DNA of 64,000 bases. Source: an uncultured bacterium. GTDB taxonomy: Bacteria > Hydrothermota > UBA3073 > NMUJ01 > CBEVQO01. The DNA lies in the NCBI GenBank assembly GCA_965552055.1, contig CBEVQO010000003.1, forward strand, positions 128,001 to 192,000, written 5' to 3'. A program made the position numbers and the translations under genes. A model generated the notes under the pieces. That model was not told where the DNA came from. It saw nothing but the letters and a program-made list of their open reading frames with translations, and did not search any database. Positions 63,647 through 64,000 of this stretch are shown here, in pieces; position 1 is the stretch's first letter, and each line of letters starts with the position of its first letter.

Positions 63647-64000
63647 AGAAGGCAAGGAGACCAGGTTAAAGGCTCTTTATATAAAAGAATTCAGGTCTTA
63701 TTTTAATTCGGTTATTCCTTATGTAGTTCTTATTGCTTTTCTTGGTGCTTCAGGCTGGTTTTTTGCCACTACGCTTTTCCTTGGCGGACAGGCGACTTTG
63801 AGGGGCTTTTTCAACCTTGTGCCTCTTTTATTACTGTTCCTTGCACCTGCTATTACGATGAGAGCGCTCGCAGAAGAACAAAGAGTAGGAACGATAGAAA
63901 TCATCGGAACCCTTCCATTCAAAGATTGGGAAATAATTCTCGCAAAATATCTTGCATCTTTAACAATTGTTGCAATAGGTATTGCATTTACTTTAATTTA
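63618..64000 (+). CDS. ABC-2 permease (GldF-like), 3'-truncated by the window edge; start uncertain
   Basis: Translates to ...KEFRSYFNS.IPY...PAITMRALAEEQRVGTIE...; not in the ORF track. Confidence 0.85.
   Translation, partial: MFLRNLLKNKEGKETRLKALYIKEFRSYFNSVIPYVVLIAFLGASGWFFATTLFLGGQATLRGFFNLVPLLLLFLAPAITMRALAEEQRVGTIEIIGTLPFKDWEIILAKYLASLTIVAIGIAFTLI

Overview
AT-rich bacterial chromosome segment. Bacterial markers include rpsF-ssb-rpsR-rplI, HU, ispH, dprA and sigma70-type promoters. T9SS-like C-terminal sorting tails and a GWxTD protein suggest an FCB/WOR-3-like lineage (inference). The first 6.3 kb is a defence island of six genes with no intergenic gap: Type I R-M (hsdR 3' end, hsdM, hsdS), an Argonaute N-lobe-sized partner, a catalytically dead MID-PIWI Argonaute I recognise as a very close relative of Archaeoglobus fulgidus AfAgo, and an unknown protein with about four C-terminal transmembrane helices (candidate effector). 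This R-M + split pAgo + membrane protein operon is the best candidate for an undescribed system. A second, window-wide signal is a promoter architecture TTGACA-N15-TAnnnT (15-bp spacer rather than about 17) seen 17 times, usually 4-7 nt before a start codon, implying pervasive leaderless transcription. The rest is toxin-antitoxin modules and relics, a glycan-modification cluster, tRNA-Ile2(CAU) and housekeeping genes, including a cmk-trmO fusion. No CRISPR array, rRNA or transposase was seen. All family assignments come from motif recognition and memory; no database search was run.
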